In this document: positions 25,481 through 38,691 of the stretch, piece after piece
Numbering within the stretch: position 1 is the stretch's first letter
Layout of the letters: the number at the start of each line of letters is the position of its first letter
Source: Felis catus
Taxonomy: Eukaryota
Assembly: GCF_018350175.1 (NCBI RefSeq)
Contig: NC_058368.1
Location: 160,148,001-160,212,000 of the forward strand
Reading direction: 5' to 3'
Length of the DNA stretch: 64,000 bases
Position numbers and translations under genes: made by a program
The notes under the pieces: generated by a model
The model's input: only the letters and a program-made list of their open reading frames with translations
What the model was told of the DNA's origin: nothing
Database searches by the model: none

Positions 25481-26339
25481 ATGACTCTTGTTTTTTCGAA
25501 GTGAAAAAAGCCGCATGGCTGGCTGATGTTTGACAGGCCCACTCTCCTCCTGCAGCTTGTTGTAGATCCACCAAATGAGCAGAAATCAAATCAATGGCAT
25601 CTCCGCTTCATTCTCCCTCTTCCCTGAAACTTCAGCCTGTGTTCACTGGTAGTGGACTATACTTGTTAATTTCTACAGCTGAAACAATTACATACATACC
25701 ATTTGTTCTGCAATATGCTTACACTTTTCTCTTTGATATGTATTTTATTAATAGCTGTTAGTAAAGTTACAATTTTATTTTAATATATAATGCATCATAT
25801 TATCTCACAGGATTATTGAAAAGATGGAAATAAGTATGGTCTGAGGAAGTGCTATTGATCTAAGTAATTATTGTGGAATTGGCAGCAATTGGAAATGAAT
25901 GGAAATTGAGATGCAGTTCATACATGAGAAATGGGGTCTAGCCAAAATGAGATTCAAGAAGGTCAGATGTGGTGTGAATATGTTAATGAGCACGTGAATC
26001 TTCAGAGACAGGCCTTGTTTTGACTTCATTTTCTGCCATTTATTATCTGTGTGACCTTGGGCAATTAACTTCCCTTGTTCATAGTCTCCTCAGCTGTAAA
26101 ATGAGGATATCAGAGTTGTGAGAACGTTGTTGTGAAAGAGAAGAAAAATTCTGAGACCTGTGGAGGTGAACAACAACTTTTGCCTCTTGTTGCCAAGTCA
26201 GGGTGAGAATAACAAATAACTACCTAGTCCCTCTTACCTTCTAAGGAGATATCTCCTTGAAGTTGTTGTTGTAAAAATCAAATGAGATAATATGTTGTAA
26301 GTTTAAGTGCTTGTAACAAAGTAAGACACTCAATAGACA

Positions 26340-26799
26340 CTGGTGTGGTAACTAGCCTCTGACATGGCACCCAGGAACCTCCTCTCCTGCTACTCACGCT
26401 CTCGCGCCGTTCCATCCTATATGGTACCTGAGTTGGTCTGTGCGACAAAAATACAGTGGAAGTGGTATTGGGTGACAGAAAGATACAATTTTCATTCATC
26501 TGAGGTTTTCCATCTGTCTATGCAGCCTGTCTTGGCCATGGGGGAAGTCGTGTTGCATGTGGTTGTACCGCGAGTCCTGTGTGGTATGGAGCTGAAGTCT
26601 CCTGCCGATAGTTTCTTGAGTATAGAAACAGATCCTCCAGATTCCATCAAGCCTCTTAATTGCAGCCCCAGCTGGCGCTCTGATTGCAGGCTTGTGAGAT
26701 ACCATGAGCCAGAGCTCATGCAAACTGTGGGATTAGAAGTACTCCTTTAAGACACTAAGCTTGAGTTACTGTGTTATGCAGCAATTAATAACTAATACA
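26340..26799 (+). mobile_element. MaLR solo LTR (MLT1F/G/H-like)
   Basis: tgcagccccagctggc...gcttgtgagataccatgagccagag...ttatgcagcaattaataactaataca is a typical MLT1 3' end. Confidence 0.8.
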
Positions 26800-27514
26800 T
26801 GTAGCTATTACTGGAGATCTGGGAGTGAGGGTTAAAATGGAAACGGAGATAGAGCCCATGGTAGAGGTGAGACTTCAAATTTTAAGTGGATTTGGGGGTG
26901 GGAAGGAAATGTAAGCACTCGTATCCTAAGCCAATTTCTTTTTTGTCATCTATTGGGGGATTCTAAGCCAGGGCTTCTTCCCAACTAGTGTGCTGTGAAT
27001 TGGGTATTGATCTTATTTTAAGATGTTGGATTCTTTCAGTTGTTTAGGTAGTTTGATGAGATCTTGGACCTGGTCACCTGGGGTGTTGGAAGTCTCCTTT
27101 CTTTATGTCTGTGAGATGTACAGTATTCTTATTTTTCTATATGTGCCATCATGTGAAGACAGCCAGGGAGCACTGTCATTTATAGGGTCAGCATCTTTGC
27201 TTTGGGTACAGAGAGATGAAACCAAACTTCATATAAAATGTGAATTCAGAAGGTTGGACTAAGTCAAAATTATTTTATCTACGGTCCTATGGGCTATACC
27301 TTTTTAGAAGATTTCCAGGTAAAGACCATCAGACTATATGCTCTCTAGGGCCCTTTCCAGCTCTTAAATTTCCAGAATTTTAGATCTAATAGAATTGAAC
27401 TACAGGAGGTCACTATGATTCAAGGTCAGGCAGATTCATGGTCATTCATCACCCCACAAAATTCCAGAGGGGGCCTTTTAGGATCAGTTTTGGCTTATTA
27501 TGTTTTCCCATAAT

Positions 27515-27755
27515 GTGGGGTTAAGAGCGTAAGCTCTGGATCCACACTGAATGGATTCAAACCTTGACTGAGTGACCTTGGGGAAGCGACTTAGTCTCTC
27601 TGTGCCTCACTTTCCTCAATTATACTAGCAATTTTATCCATTGCACAGGATTGCTGCACTGATTACTGAGCTATCCCACGTCAAGTGCTTAGAACCATGA
27701 CTGCCTGGCACAAAATTCATGATTAATAATGTTTGTTATGAGTATTATTATTATT
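27515..27755 (+). mobile_element. MIR
   Basis: gtggggttaagagcgtaagctctgga...ggattcaaacc...gtgaccttggggaagcgacttagtctctctgtgcctcactttcctca...aagtgcttagaac...tgcctggcaca. Confidence 0.85.
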
Positions 27756-29135
27756 GTTCCCAACCCGTGGATGCAAACTTTCTCCTAGTAGCTGTACTGC
27801 TCGAAACGAGGCCAGGATTAGGTCTTCCTGCATTCACAGAAGGACTGAGTTATTGTGTCCCAAAGCTACAATTCTCCTGTCCCTTTCCCTTTTCTTGCCT
27901 GAGAAGATGTCTCCTTAGAAGATGTCTTTTGGAGTTATTTGTTCATCTTACCCTGACTTGGCAAGAATATACAGAGGCTGTTGTTCACCTCAGATTTTTT
28001 TTCTTTGTAAAATAAAAGGGTTACAATACATGACTTCTAAGGTTTATTACAGTTATAATAATCTATGAGTTTACAAATAATAGAAGTAATGTACAAGTAA
28101 GTGACATTAGTGGTGAAATGGAGTGAAGGGACATCAGTCCAATTGCATTTTCAAGCTTTAAAGGGTTGCTGTGGACAATTTAGATAAATACCTGGCTTCC
28201 AAGGATATCTAGGTCTATATCACATGAAATAAGTCTAGTTCCTGGAAAAAAGATAAATAGTTAGTAATTATATTATTAACATTTTATTCATTTTTGATAC
28301 TAAATTTCATGTTCTGTATCACAAACATGTATCTATATCTGTCTATATCTACACCTTCATATACATACATATCTATATGTAGCTACTATGTAAAGGAAAG
28401 ATTAAGGCATTATTAACAAGTTTAATTTGCTTTGAAACATTAATAGTAAAATTAATATTTTCATCCAGTAGTCTTAATTTTCGTGCATTTTTTTCCAAAA
28501 ATAAAGCACTGTTCTGTAAATTAAACACTCAAATTGCTCAAAATGTGGCAGTAACAATAAATAAAGTTTTAGGAAGGCAGTTGAAGGATTCTAAGTAAAA
28601 AAGAATTCTTTAGATTAAGTAGATACCTTTAGCTTCTCTCCTGTCCATATTAGCATGGTTAAAAAAAAATGCCATAAAACTGCCAGCAGAGGTCCTCAGC
28701 CACATAGTTTATCAATTCTACTTACTGAAAAATCTCTCTCCCTATGGTGTAACAGTGATTTCAAGGACTCCTTTGCTTACTGCGGATAACTAATCACAAT
28801 GAATGGCCTACAGGCAGGCTTAAACTACTAATTTAAAAAGATATATTTAAGTTAAAAATACAATTAATATGTACAACAGTGTATAATGTGCTGGAAAACA
28901 TTATAGAGATACAAAAGAACTAGGAAATAAAAATGCAAGTTAACCTGTTTTGAAATTGGTGGTTTTAGAGAAATTCAGCAGATAAAAGTTAAGAATGGTG
29001 ATCTGCTTTGTTTTTTTTTCCCTCATTTTAATCCATTGTTCTATTTCTGGGAGGAAAATAAAAGGATTCATATAGGAACTGTTTTAGGTAAAAATTCTGA
29101 ATAGTACATGTTTTTTTCATTAAAGATGAATTTTA

Positions 29136-29327
29136 GATTTAAAAAAAATATTTAATATTTATTCATTTTTGAAAGAGAGAAAAAAAAGCTAGAGCTGGGG
29201 AGGGGCAGAGGGAGGGGCAGAGCCTCACAAGTGGGCTCTGGCTGGCATGGGCTTGAACTCAGGAACCGTGAGATCATGACCTGAGCTGAAGTTGGATGGT
29301 CAACCCACTGAGCCACCCAGGCGCCCC
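29136..29327 (-). mobile_element. CanSINE with shortened middle
   Basis: Perfect 15-bp TSD taaagatgaatttta at 29121-29135 and 29328-29342. Confidence 0.95.
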
Positions 29328-32300
29328 TAAAGATGAATTTTAAAAAGGAAATAAAATAATCAGAAATAGAAATACATAGTGGGAGATTATTGTTTTTTGA
29401 AATAATTAGATGCTTTTTGAATTGCCAGTCTTCCTGATCCCTTTCTTTTTTGTCTTCACAAAAGACAAAAGAATTATTATTATAAATTCTCTTAAAAAGA
29501 AATGGTAGATAGAGTGGCCACCAGAGAAACAGACATCTTTGTTGATAGCGCTTACTGTTTCTTGGTGTTGTGCTGGCATTAGTTAACAATGTATGCAGAA
29601 TATCCCAAACCCACATTTGGCCAGAAGACAAAATCGAATTTGATATAATGGGCAAAGCCTCTTTCTCTCTGGACTTCAGCTTCCTCGTCTGTGTGATGTC
29701 TGAAGGTGTGGGTTGTGTTTGTGCAGGGCATGTGTCAAAGAGGGTGGGTAAAGAAGTCTAACTCCATGGCCTGACGTAGACACAAATGCTAAGCATGTGG
29801 AGTAGGTGTTATCTCATGGCTAAGAAGCAATATAATGGGGGTTAGGAAGGAAAGATTCAAAGAGGGGAAATTATGGTAAATAATCTCAAAGTAAAAAAAA
29901 AAGGAGAAAGATACTTCTAAAGAACTGTCTTCTCACCTTAAAATATCTTTTTGAGGCTATTTTTCTGACATTCCTCTGCTTCCTATCTTTTTTTTTTTTT
30001 TTTTTTTTTTTTGGTCCCTGGCTGCCTTGGGAATTGCAAAGTCTTTAGAAGTCAAACAGAAACTAGCTAATAATGGGAATATGGGAGACATTCTTGGCTT
30101 TTCTAAAGTGTTGATCTAGGAGACTCCAAGTATCTATGCAAAATAAACAATCTTTTAAGATGTTTTAAAAAAGCTTCTGCAGATGAGGCAGGTGGAACTT
30201 AATTAAATTCTTAGTAGCTTTTAGAGCACATAAACATCTTTGGAGAAGGACTTGTTTCTTCTACTTCCTTCTATACCTCAACCAGCATAACCAAGTAAGA
30301 AAGAGTAAGCAAAGAGAATACTGTTGTCATTTTTAATTTGTTTGATGACTGTGACTGTTCATTTTCTTTCTAAAAACCCAGGATCTCCGATATTCTCAGT
30401 GCTACCCAGAATGATTTGAGTAACTAATTTTCATATACACAGCGGTATAATAGGCATAGGCATGCAGGGTCAGTTATCAAAGGCTTTGGTTTTACATAAA
30501 GATGTTCGTGATACATATAATGTTTTATTAATTCAAATGCTGTATATACATAGTACAGCATTTTCTCGGTGCATTAAAAATGATGTTTAAGTGTATATAT
30601 TTAATTTTTATGTCTTTTTTTCATAAACCTCTTATGTGCTAGTGTTTATCTGAGGCATTCCCTTTTACGCAATGTTCTTTGAACAATATTTAGACTCCTG
30701 AATAGCAATAACTATCTCTAAAATATTCAATGGCCAAGTGAAAAATATAATAAAGTGAAATTATTATATGACATATTGCAAAGAGTTATACACAAACTCA
30801 AAAACATGTCTGTTTTATATACAAATTAGATCTTAGATTATGTCCAACCATATTATTGAATCCTTAAAATAATATTCATGAGACCCAGAAGCTTATGTAT
30901 TATTTTATAATTATGTTCATATTTACTCTTATATTCTCTTCAGATGGAAAGTGAATCTATAAATCTCATGACTTATTTTGGTAGATTTTACTTTAATTCT
31001 ATGGCTGTTATCCTATGTTTTGGTGTTTTCCTGTGACTTAGAAAAGCTGAGGGAATTGGATTTTATTGTTCTCAATTTTCTTAAAATATCTTAAAATGTC
31101 TTAAAATATGGGTTAAAATATTATCTTTTTCTTACCAACTAAACTCAAATAAAATGAATCAGACTGCTCATTTATAAATCAAAGCTGAGGCATTTATTGC
31201 TCAAGAGTCATGATGCTCTTTTCTCTGTATTTCTTAATCAGTGGGGCTTCTAATCTAGCATGGTATCTACTATTCTTCTTTAGGGCAAAAGAAAAGCTAG
31301 GGGACCTGGCTAGTGTCCCTCAGGGACTGGCATTGGAAAAGCACTATACATTGGCCAGGGTGTGACAAAAGCTACTTAGAGTTCCTTCCTTACACAAGTG
31401 AATGTTCTAAGACACATTCGGAATAAAGTGGAAATCATGAAATTACTTGTGAGGGGTGAGTTTTAGAAGCCTTATTTTCTTTTAGTGCTTGAAAATTTAG
31501 TCAGTAATACCCAGAGTACGACCATTTCTTTTCACATATTTCAAAGCCATTTTATACTCATTTACTCCTGTTTAGTTCCTAGCTGATGAGTTACTTGCAA
31601 CCCTTAATCTTTCTCACCTCATTAGTTTTCAATTTTGCACACCAAATATCTTCAAAGATGACTGCTGCCTTGCTATAGAGAAATGCTGATGTGCTCAGGC
31701 TAAGTTACAGAGAAGAGTTGAAGGGGGAAGGAGACACAGGGAAAACAGGCAACTTCTTCAGCAAGGCCGTTTAACTGTAGAGGTGGTTTGGTTTCTAAAC
31801 CCCCACGTTGGAGTTAGACATTGGCATTCTGGAGAGTGATGGTGGTAGTTTTGGGACAATTTGATCTGCGGGACATATTAAAAATAGAAATAATTTTTAA
31901 AATGAAGTTTAAGTTTAAAATTTTCACATTAATATTGATTACTGATTTCCATCATATTAGATGGGCAAGAAGCGTTATTCTGAAATTAAATCAAACCCAA
32001 ACAAACAAAAAACGCAGAAAACTTACAACATTTGATTGTGTTAAGAACTTTTACACTAAGATAGAGGCAAATATCCTGGGCCAGTATATAGTCCAGATTA
32101 TTATTGATATTATTATAAATCATTTTTATGTCATTGTCAGTAACTCAACACAGGTATGTGTGCAAATAAAGAGACTATCTTGTTATTTTGTTAAAGGGAC
32201 AATTTGAAGATCTTCTCCTGCTCCTAAAATTATTTTTGCCTTTTGGATATTTATTACTTCTATTTTATGGGAAAAAAGGGAAATACAATCTCTTTCCAAT

Positions 32301-32777
32301 GCTATACTAACTTTTCCAGGATGTAAAAAAAAATGTTAAATCAAGGAAGGATTAAATTTAACATTTATTAAGTGCACATTTAATTAGATATGATGGCATA
32401 GGAGATAAGTTGACTGGTATGTATCCCATTCTTTTTTTTTTTTTTTTTTTTTACAGATCTTGTTCCTGGTACTATCTGTCCAATAGAGGCAGTAAGACTA
32501 AATGTATTTTTCAACATTTTTATTTGTTTTTTGTGGTAGTGGTGGGGAATATGGGAGGAAGTTGGTCTGCCTTATGATCTGTTTTGGGCTGTGAAAGAAG
32601 CTAGACAGAGAGGAAACAAAAACTTCAGAAAAAGAAGGTCAGTCTATATGCTTGCCTCTGTCCACAGTTTTGCCCTTCTACATTTATCAAATATATGAGA
32701 ATTAATTGGGACAGAATATTGAAATATATCTAGTTTCTAAATTGTTCTATAGTACTGAAGTTTAAAAAATAAATAGA

Positions 32778-33000
32778 GGGGCGCCTGGGTGGCTCAGTCG
32801 GTTGGGCGTCCGACTCGGCTCAGGTCATGATCTCGCGGTCTGTGAGTTTGAGCCCCGCGTCGGCCTCTGCGCTGACAGCTCAGAGCCTGGAGCCTGTTTC
32901 AGATTCTGCGTCTCCCTCTCTTTCTGACCTTCCCCCATTCATGCTCTGTCTCGGTCTCAAAAATGAATAAACATTAAAAAAAATTTAAAAAAATAAATAA
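32778..33000 (+). mobile_element. CanSINE (CpG-rich)
   Basis: ggggcgcctgggtggctcagtcgg head; A-rich tail; A-rich TSD ending aaatag. Confidence 0.96.
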
Positions 33001-33104
33001 AAAAATAGGTAGAGTTGACAAGGGGCTGGTGGAAAAGATATATTTGTTTATAAACTCTTTCTTTAAGCTTCCCTATTCTTTTCATTTTAGAAAATAGCAT
33101 GATA

Positions 33105-33316
33105 GGAGTGCCTGGGTGGCTCCCTCAGTTGGTTAAGCATCTGACTTCAGCTTAGGTCATGATTTCATGGTTTGTGAGTTCGAGCCCCAAGTTCTGCATT
33201 GAACTCTGCTGTCAGTGCAGAGCCTGCTTCAGATCCTCTGTCCCTCTTTCTGCCCCTCCCCTGCTCATGCCCTTTCTCTCTCTCTCACTTTCTAAAATAA
33301 ATAAACATTATAAAAA
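33105..33316 (+). mobile_element. CanSINE
   Basis: Perfect 16-bp TSD agaaaatagcatgata at 33089-33104 and 33317-33332; small insertion in the A-box (ggtggctccctcag). Confidence 0.95.
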
Positions 33317-33654
33317 AGAAAATAGCATGATATTTTCCCCCACACAAGAAAATGATATTTTCTTGTCATTTAAATGTTGTCAATATACAAAAATATTTTA
33401 CCTAGAATTTTATTCATTATGAATTTATATTAATTTGAAGAGGGATTTCACTGAAATTTACTTTTATGTTTTTAATGAAAAAAAGTTTGCTAAGAATGTT
33501 AATGGTAAGTGACGTTTGAATGGTACATCTTCCTAATTAGGTAAACGAATTATTTTCAGCCAGAATAGAAATGCTCTAAACATAATATGGTACAGTTGCT
33601 ATTTATGAAATAACTATCTAGATTACATTTCAGGTAAGCAGTAATTTAATTAAA

Positions 33655-33869
33655 AATTTTCTTTAATGTTTGTTTATTTTTGAGGAAGAGAGACAGAGCA
33701 TGAGTAGGGGAGGGGCAGAGAGAGAGAGAGAGGGAGCACAGAATCTGAAGCAGGCTCAGGCTCTGAGCTATCAGCACAGAGCCCAACGAGGGACTAGAAT
33801 CCACAAACTGTGAGATCATGACCTGAGCCGAAGTCGGACTCTTAACCGACTGAGCCATCCAGATGTCCC
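33655..33869 (-). mobile_element. CanSINE
   Basis: Perfect 16-bp TSD cagtaatttaattaaa at 33639-33654 and 33872-33887. Confidence 0.96.
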
Positions 33870-35199
33870 AACAGTAATTTAATTAAAGTCATTCTTATGT
33901 ATTCATTGAAGTAAGACTTTAATGTTGGGTAGCTCAATTAATATATACAACTGGAATAATAAACCTGTGCACTTAATATTATTTTATATTTATAATTATA
34001 TATATAAAAACACTTTCATTGGTAAGATAGTTATTTCTTTTTACAATTAATAAAAACTTGATTAAGTTTTATAGTATCAGTTTTTCAAAAGGCACTAAAG
34101 GACAAGAAAGATTTTGAAACAGTTAAGAGGCCAATTGAATTTTTCATTAAACTCCTTATAGTTAAAAAGATTACATTGCAAGTTACTTTTACACACTGAG
34201 GTAGAATCTTGGCAAAATATATTTTTTAAATCTCTGGAGATTGTAATATTGATTATGTAAGCATTCTAAAGTAATTGCTGGAAGTGTGGTTACTTTGATT
34301 ATTTTTAATAGAAAACACTGTAGAGTATTAAAATAATATCAACAGTGCAGTAGTAGAAAAACAGTATATTATTACAAAACAGGATTAATCTTGTGGTTGA
34401 ATCACTAAGCATGTCTGAGTCTCAATTTCCTAATCTGTAATATGAAGAATTTGGGCTGAATGATACGTAGGGTTACCTAAAATTCCAAAATAGTATATAT
34501 CTATAGTATTACTATCACATAGCCTCAAAGAACATCAGTATCATGTAATTTTGTATATATTTAAAACAGCAAGACTTTTGGGATATGAGTTTATTTATGA
34601 AGTTAGTTTATTAGATCAAACATTTCATTTTGAGAAAACTACTGAACTATCATTGTTACCACTGAAGGAAAAGCTACTATTGTCTTTCCTGGTGGAGTAA
34701 ATGATATGCCATCTGAAGTTTGATTCTATTGTTGCCACTCATGTTTGGGGACACCTGAAGAAACCAAAGTGGCTTCTTACTATTGGTTACAGTTGGTATT
34801 GCTGTTATCAAAGGATGCAATCAGTTATTTGGAGTGAGACGTTCAATACTTTCCTTCCTGCATGCAACATTTTAAAAACCTTGCTTGGAAGAGAAGTTTA
34901 TATTTCACACAGGAGCTAGTGATCCTTTTGAATTGGAATTATGCTTGTGTTGTCATGACAACATAGGATTCCATGCTCCTGCTTTCTACAATGTCTATTT
35001 CTCCAAGTCTGGGTGTTTTTAAGTGTTTTATTCATTGGTGACAGTGTGTGGTTATTGGCATCAAGAAAATAGTTCAGCCAGATGACATCAGCGGTGTGTG
35101 TCAACTTTGAATTTCTAGAATACATTGAGCATTTCAAAGAAGGTGATTACAGTGTCCCTTTGAAGAAGGAGGTGAGATACTGTTGCTTTATATATTAAT

Positions 35200-35595
35200 T
35201 AGTATATTTGATGCTAGCGGCTGTATCAAGCAACCACCGTTTGTCAGTGGTTTAGCACAACAAAGGATTTTTTTTCTTGCTCGTGGCAGATGTGAACAGG
35301 GCAAATGTCTAACAGAGAGTGACTTGTCTTTGTTGACCCTAAGAGATTACTGTAAGTCCTCCACAGTATCTCCTTCATCTGCCTAGCTAAGAAGGAAAGA
35401 GAGAAAGCATGCAGAATTGTACAGGTTGTTTTACAGCTAGTTTGGGAAGTGGCTTACATAAATTATGGACACATTCCACTGACCAGAACCCAATCATGTA
35501 ACCCTAACTAACTGCAAGAAAGGCAGGGGTATGGTATGTAGTCTTACCACGGCCCAGAAAGAGAAATGGGACCAACAAGCAGTCTGTCTTTGCCA
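35200..35595 (-). mobile_element. Degenerate MaLR LTR (MLT1J/K-like)
   Basis: gtggtttagcacaacaaagg...acattccactgaccagaacccaatcatgtaaccctaactaactgcaagaaaggcagggg. Confidence 0.6.
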
Positions 35596-36059
35596 TTGTG
35601 GCTTTTTGTTTACAAATATTTAATTTAATTAGAATTTAATTAGAATATCTTTGGAGAAATTTAGATCTCTACTTCTATTTACTGTTCACTTTGAATCATG
35701 AACAGGTGCTAGCTGATATATTAATTAAAATTTATTCTTGTTGCTTTTTCATGAAAGATTTATTCACTTTTCCTTTGCTTTACAATTTGGGTATTCTAAA
35801 TTTAACCATTAAGGTCTTATTTTTCATATTTCTTGCTACCTTATAATCTCACTTTGTCAAGCTCTTTGCTTCTGTTGAAGAGAAATCCATAACTTACAAA
35901 GAAATAATCATAACAAGACTTTTGTAATTCCTTAGAGGCCAGATGAACTTCATTTGAAGTAATTTAAATTATTTTGTTCTGAAATATCACTTTTAGTTTA
36001 CTTATCTGATAATTCAGAAACATGTTCTTAATGATGTCTTTTCTGTTCCTTATATCTGC

Positions 36060-36445
36060 AGTGAGTGTATAGCCATGTGTGACCAGTTACAAGTGTCCAC
36101 AAATTCTTTGAGGCTGAAGAGCTATGGTTCTTAGCATAGATGCTCTTGGAATGAGGCCGTGGTAGTGTAAAACTCAAGTCCCATGTACAGGCCATATTTA
36201 GGAGTTCTGAAGAACAGCTTCAGTTGATCTCCCAGCCTACAGCCAGTATCAGTTTTCAGCCATGTGAGGCAGCCATCTTAGATGTTGGTCCAGTAGATCC
36301 TTTAGATGACTTTAGCCCCAGCTGCTTTCTGGATGTAATCGATGGGATATTTAAAGTGAAAACTGTTTGACTCTTCCAGCCATGTCAGAAATATGAGAGA
36401 GAATAATACATTGTTGTTTTATGTGATAATAAAAACTTGGAACAT
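36060..36445 (+). mobile_element. MaLR LTR fragment (MLT1G/H-like)
   Basis: cagccatgtgaggcagccatcttagatgttggtccagtagatcctttagatgactttagccccagctg...tgagagagaataatacattgttgtttta. Confidence 0.65.
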
Positions 36446-36566
36446 CATATATTTATTAAGATTTTATTCCTAAAAAGTTTCTAATACTATCACAAGTTTT
36501 TGCCAATCTTTGAATATGGTTGAACAACCTTTGGATTTTGAGAAATGAACATGAATCACATTTCTT

Positions 36567-36572
<6 letters not shown>

Positions 36573-36619
<47 letters not shown>
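36573..36619 (+). repeat. (TCTA)n tetranucleotide microsatellite
   Basis: About 11 perfect ATCT units. Confidence 0.97.
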
Positions 36620-37739
36620 ATCTCTTTATGTTAATTGCAGTGTAGCTTCCAGATGGGATAAGTGGTTAGATTACTATTTGAGGCTGAGTGTCATTGCCAA
36701 GAACTGAGTTCAATAAAATGTATTTCTCAAGGTTGGCAGCAGACAATATTCTTAGAGTTTTCTGGGTCACTGTCATAAACCAGAATTCTAAGAACATAAT
36801 AATTTAGTTTAAAGGAACATGAAGCTCAATAGTTTGTTCCTGGAAGCAGTGTCAAAAAATACTTGGTGGGAAAGTTTTGTATTCATGGAAAAATTGCATA
36901 CTTGAAGCTGTGTAGGAAATAGGAGATGCAAACATTACTAGTCAAATAATGTGAATACAGGCAGGTCAAGCTGTATGTAGGTTATAATGACTTCTATTCC
37001 TTATATAATCCTTATATTGCATGACTTGAAAGAGTCAGTAAGGATCAGATTACCTTAAGTACATACTTCTCTCAGATAGGAGTCTAAATACTGAAATATG
37101 AGCATTTCAGATCAATCATTTGCATTTATTTCTCCAAGATGTCCATTCAAGTGTGAATATTCTTTGGAGAATATTACTTGAACAAATTCATGTTCAGGTA
37201 TTAGGGATTTTCAGATATAATCTTTCTCCTATAGGGAGAACAGTCTTCAAGGCATTGGTGTTCTTATTTAAAGAGCCTTTAAAGAGTTGGTGTTGCTCTT
37301 GACATGATGCTGAGTATTGAAATGGAGAAGAAGAGATGATTAGGAAGATGCGTACTTCCTAATTTTATCTGAGCTTATGCTAAATACACTGTGTACTTAA
37401 AATTCTATACATGCCACATTCTGCTGGTCTTCTTTGAAGTCATGTGCTCTTTGAGACAGGTTCGTACATTGTACAAATTTTAGAAAATACTAATATAGCA
37501 AGTTATTAGCATTTATTAAAACCTACTATTAACTAGTAAGCATTCCTTTTTACCAGTCTTATTCCAGGGCATATGTAAATTTTTAGAAAATGCCAGTGTG
37601 AATCCTGAACAGAACATGTTAGTGTTTTCTTCACCAGGCACATGTTTAGAATTATGATTCTTTTGGCAGTTCTTTAATATGTTGTGTGTAAATGGAATAA
37701 TAACCTAAGAGAACAGTTTCTCTAGATAGTACAGCTAAA

Positions 37740-38219
37740 GTAATTTCACTGGCAGACTCCCTTTCCTCGTAATCATCCCATTCTTTGGGAGCATACTGCC
37801 ATCTAGCTAGAGACTACATTTCCCAGAATTCTTTTAGTTGAGAGTTCCTACATGACTAATTTATCACCAGTGGGAATGGAATAGATATGATGAAGACAAC
37901 TTCTGTCTCATTTGCTTAAAAATAAAAAAAGTATTCCAGTTTTCCTCTCTTTTGCTTCTTGTGAGTATGAACATCATGTGTTTTTGATCCAGTTTCAAGA
38001 ACGTAGATGAAAATAATACCTTAGGAGAGTGGTGGAGTAAGTAGATAAAAGGGTCCTGTTATCCCGAAGGACCTTGTGGATCAGAGCTACCCCAGCAGCA
38101 GTGAATCCTCCCCTTGGGATCATTATGTGAAAAAGAAGTAAACTGTATCTTATATAACCATTAGTTTTAAAAAAAAATCACTTTGTCCAAGTACCTTAGC
38201 CTTTACTGTAACTAACATA
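37740..38219 (+). mobile_element. Old LTR (MLT1J- or LTR16-like)
   Basis: gactacatttcccagaattc...catgactaatttatcaccagtgggaatg...cttagcctttactgtaactaacata. Confidence 0.6.
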
Positions 38220-38466
38220 CCTCACCTTTTGTGATTAAAATGAATATTCTCTTCTGTGGAAGAGCTCAACATATAGCCTTGTGTATATGGTTGCCAATTA
38301 CTTCAGTAATTCAAAGATGTTAAAAAAAGTTCTGAAAATGGTGTACTAAGTTAAGAATGTAGACTCAGTGGGAACGATGGGCATTCAGGAGGTAGGCCCA
38401 GTGGGAAGGCATCAAATTTCTTCCTGTCAAATATTCCTTATTTTTATTGTTCACTTGTCTTTTTTT

Positions 38467-38691
38467 TATTAAAAAAAATTTTTTTTTTCAACGTTTATTT
38501 ATTTGTGAGACAGAGAGAGACAGAGCATGAACGGGGGAGGGGCAGAGAGGGAGGGAGACACAGAATCGGAAGCAGGCTCCAGGCTCTGAGCCATCAGCCC
38601 AGAGCCTGACGCGGGGCTCGAACTCACGGACCGCGAGATCGTGACCTGGCTGAAATCGGACGCTTAACCGAATGCGCCACCCAGGCGCCCC
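38467..38691 (-). mobile_element. Young felid CanSINE
   Basis: CpG-rich; TSD cacttgtcttttttt at 38452-38466 and 38692-38706. Confidence 0.97.

Noticed and set aside
26169..26270. 16-bp palindrome aaggagatatctcctt plus an 11-bp inverted repeat aacaacaactt/aagttgttgtt as a mini DNA transposon
   Set aside because: Low-complexity arms, no TSD, and MIR-like surroundings; likely chance.
26364..26750. 128-aa ORF with overlapping antisense ORFs
   Set aside because: Lies entirely within an MLT1 LTR whose higher GC content reduces stop codons.
29152..29655. 167-aa ORF on the minus strand (longest in the track)
   Set aside because: The C-terminal third is SINE-derived; the rest has no recognisable domain or splice context.
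31078..31120. Short tandem (tcttaaaat)x3 and similar 10-15 bp doublets at ~21312, ~27902, ~35622 and ~51680
   Set aside because: Ordinary slippage micro-duplications with no further structure.
31821..32207. 128-aa ORF
   Set aside because: Non-ATG start, Ile/Lys/Phe-rich composition typical of AT-rich non-coding DNA, no homology recognised.
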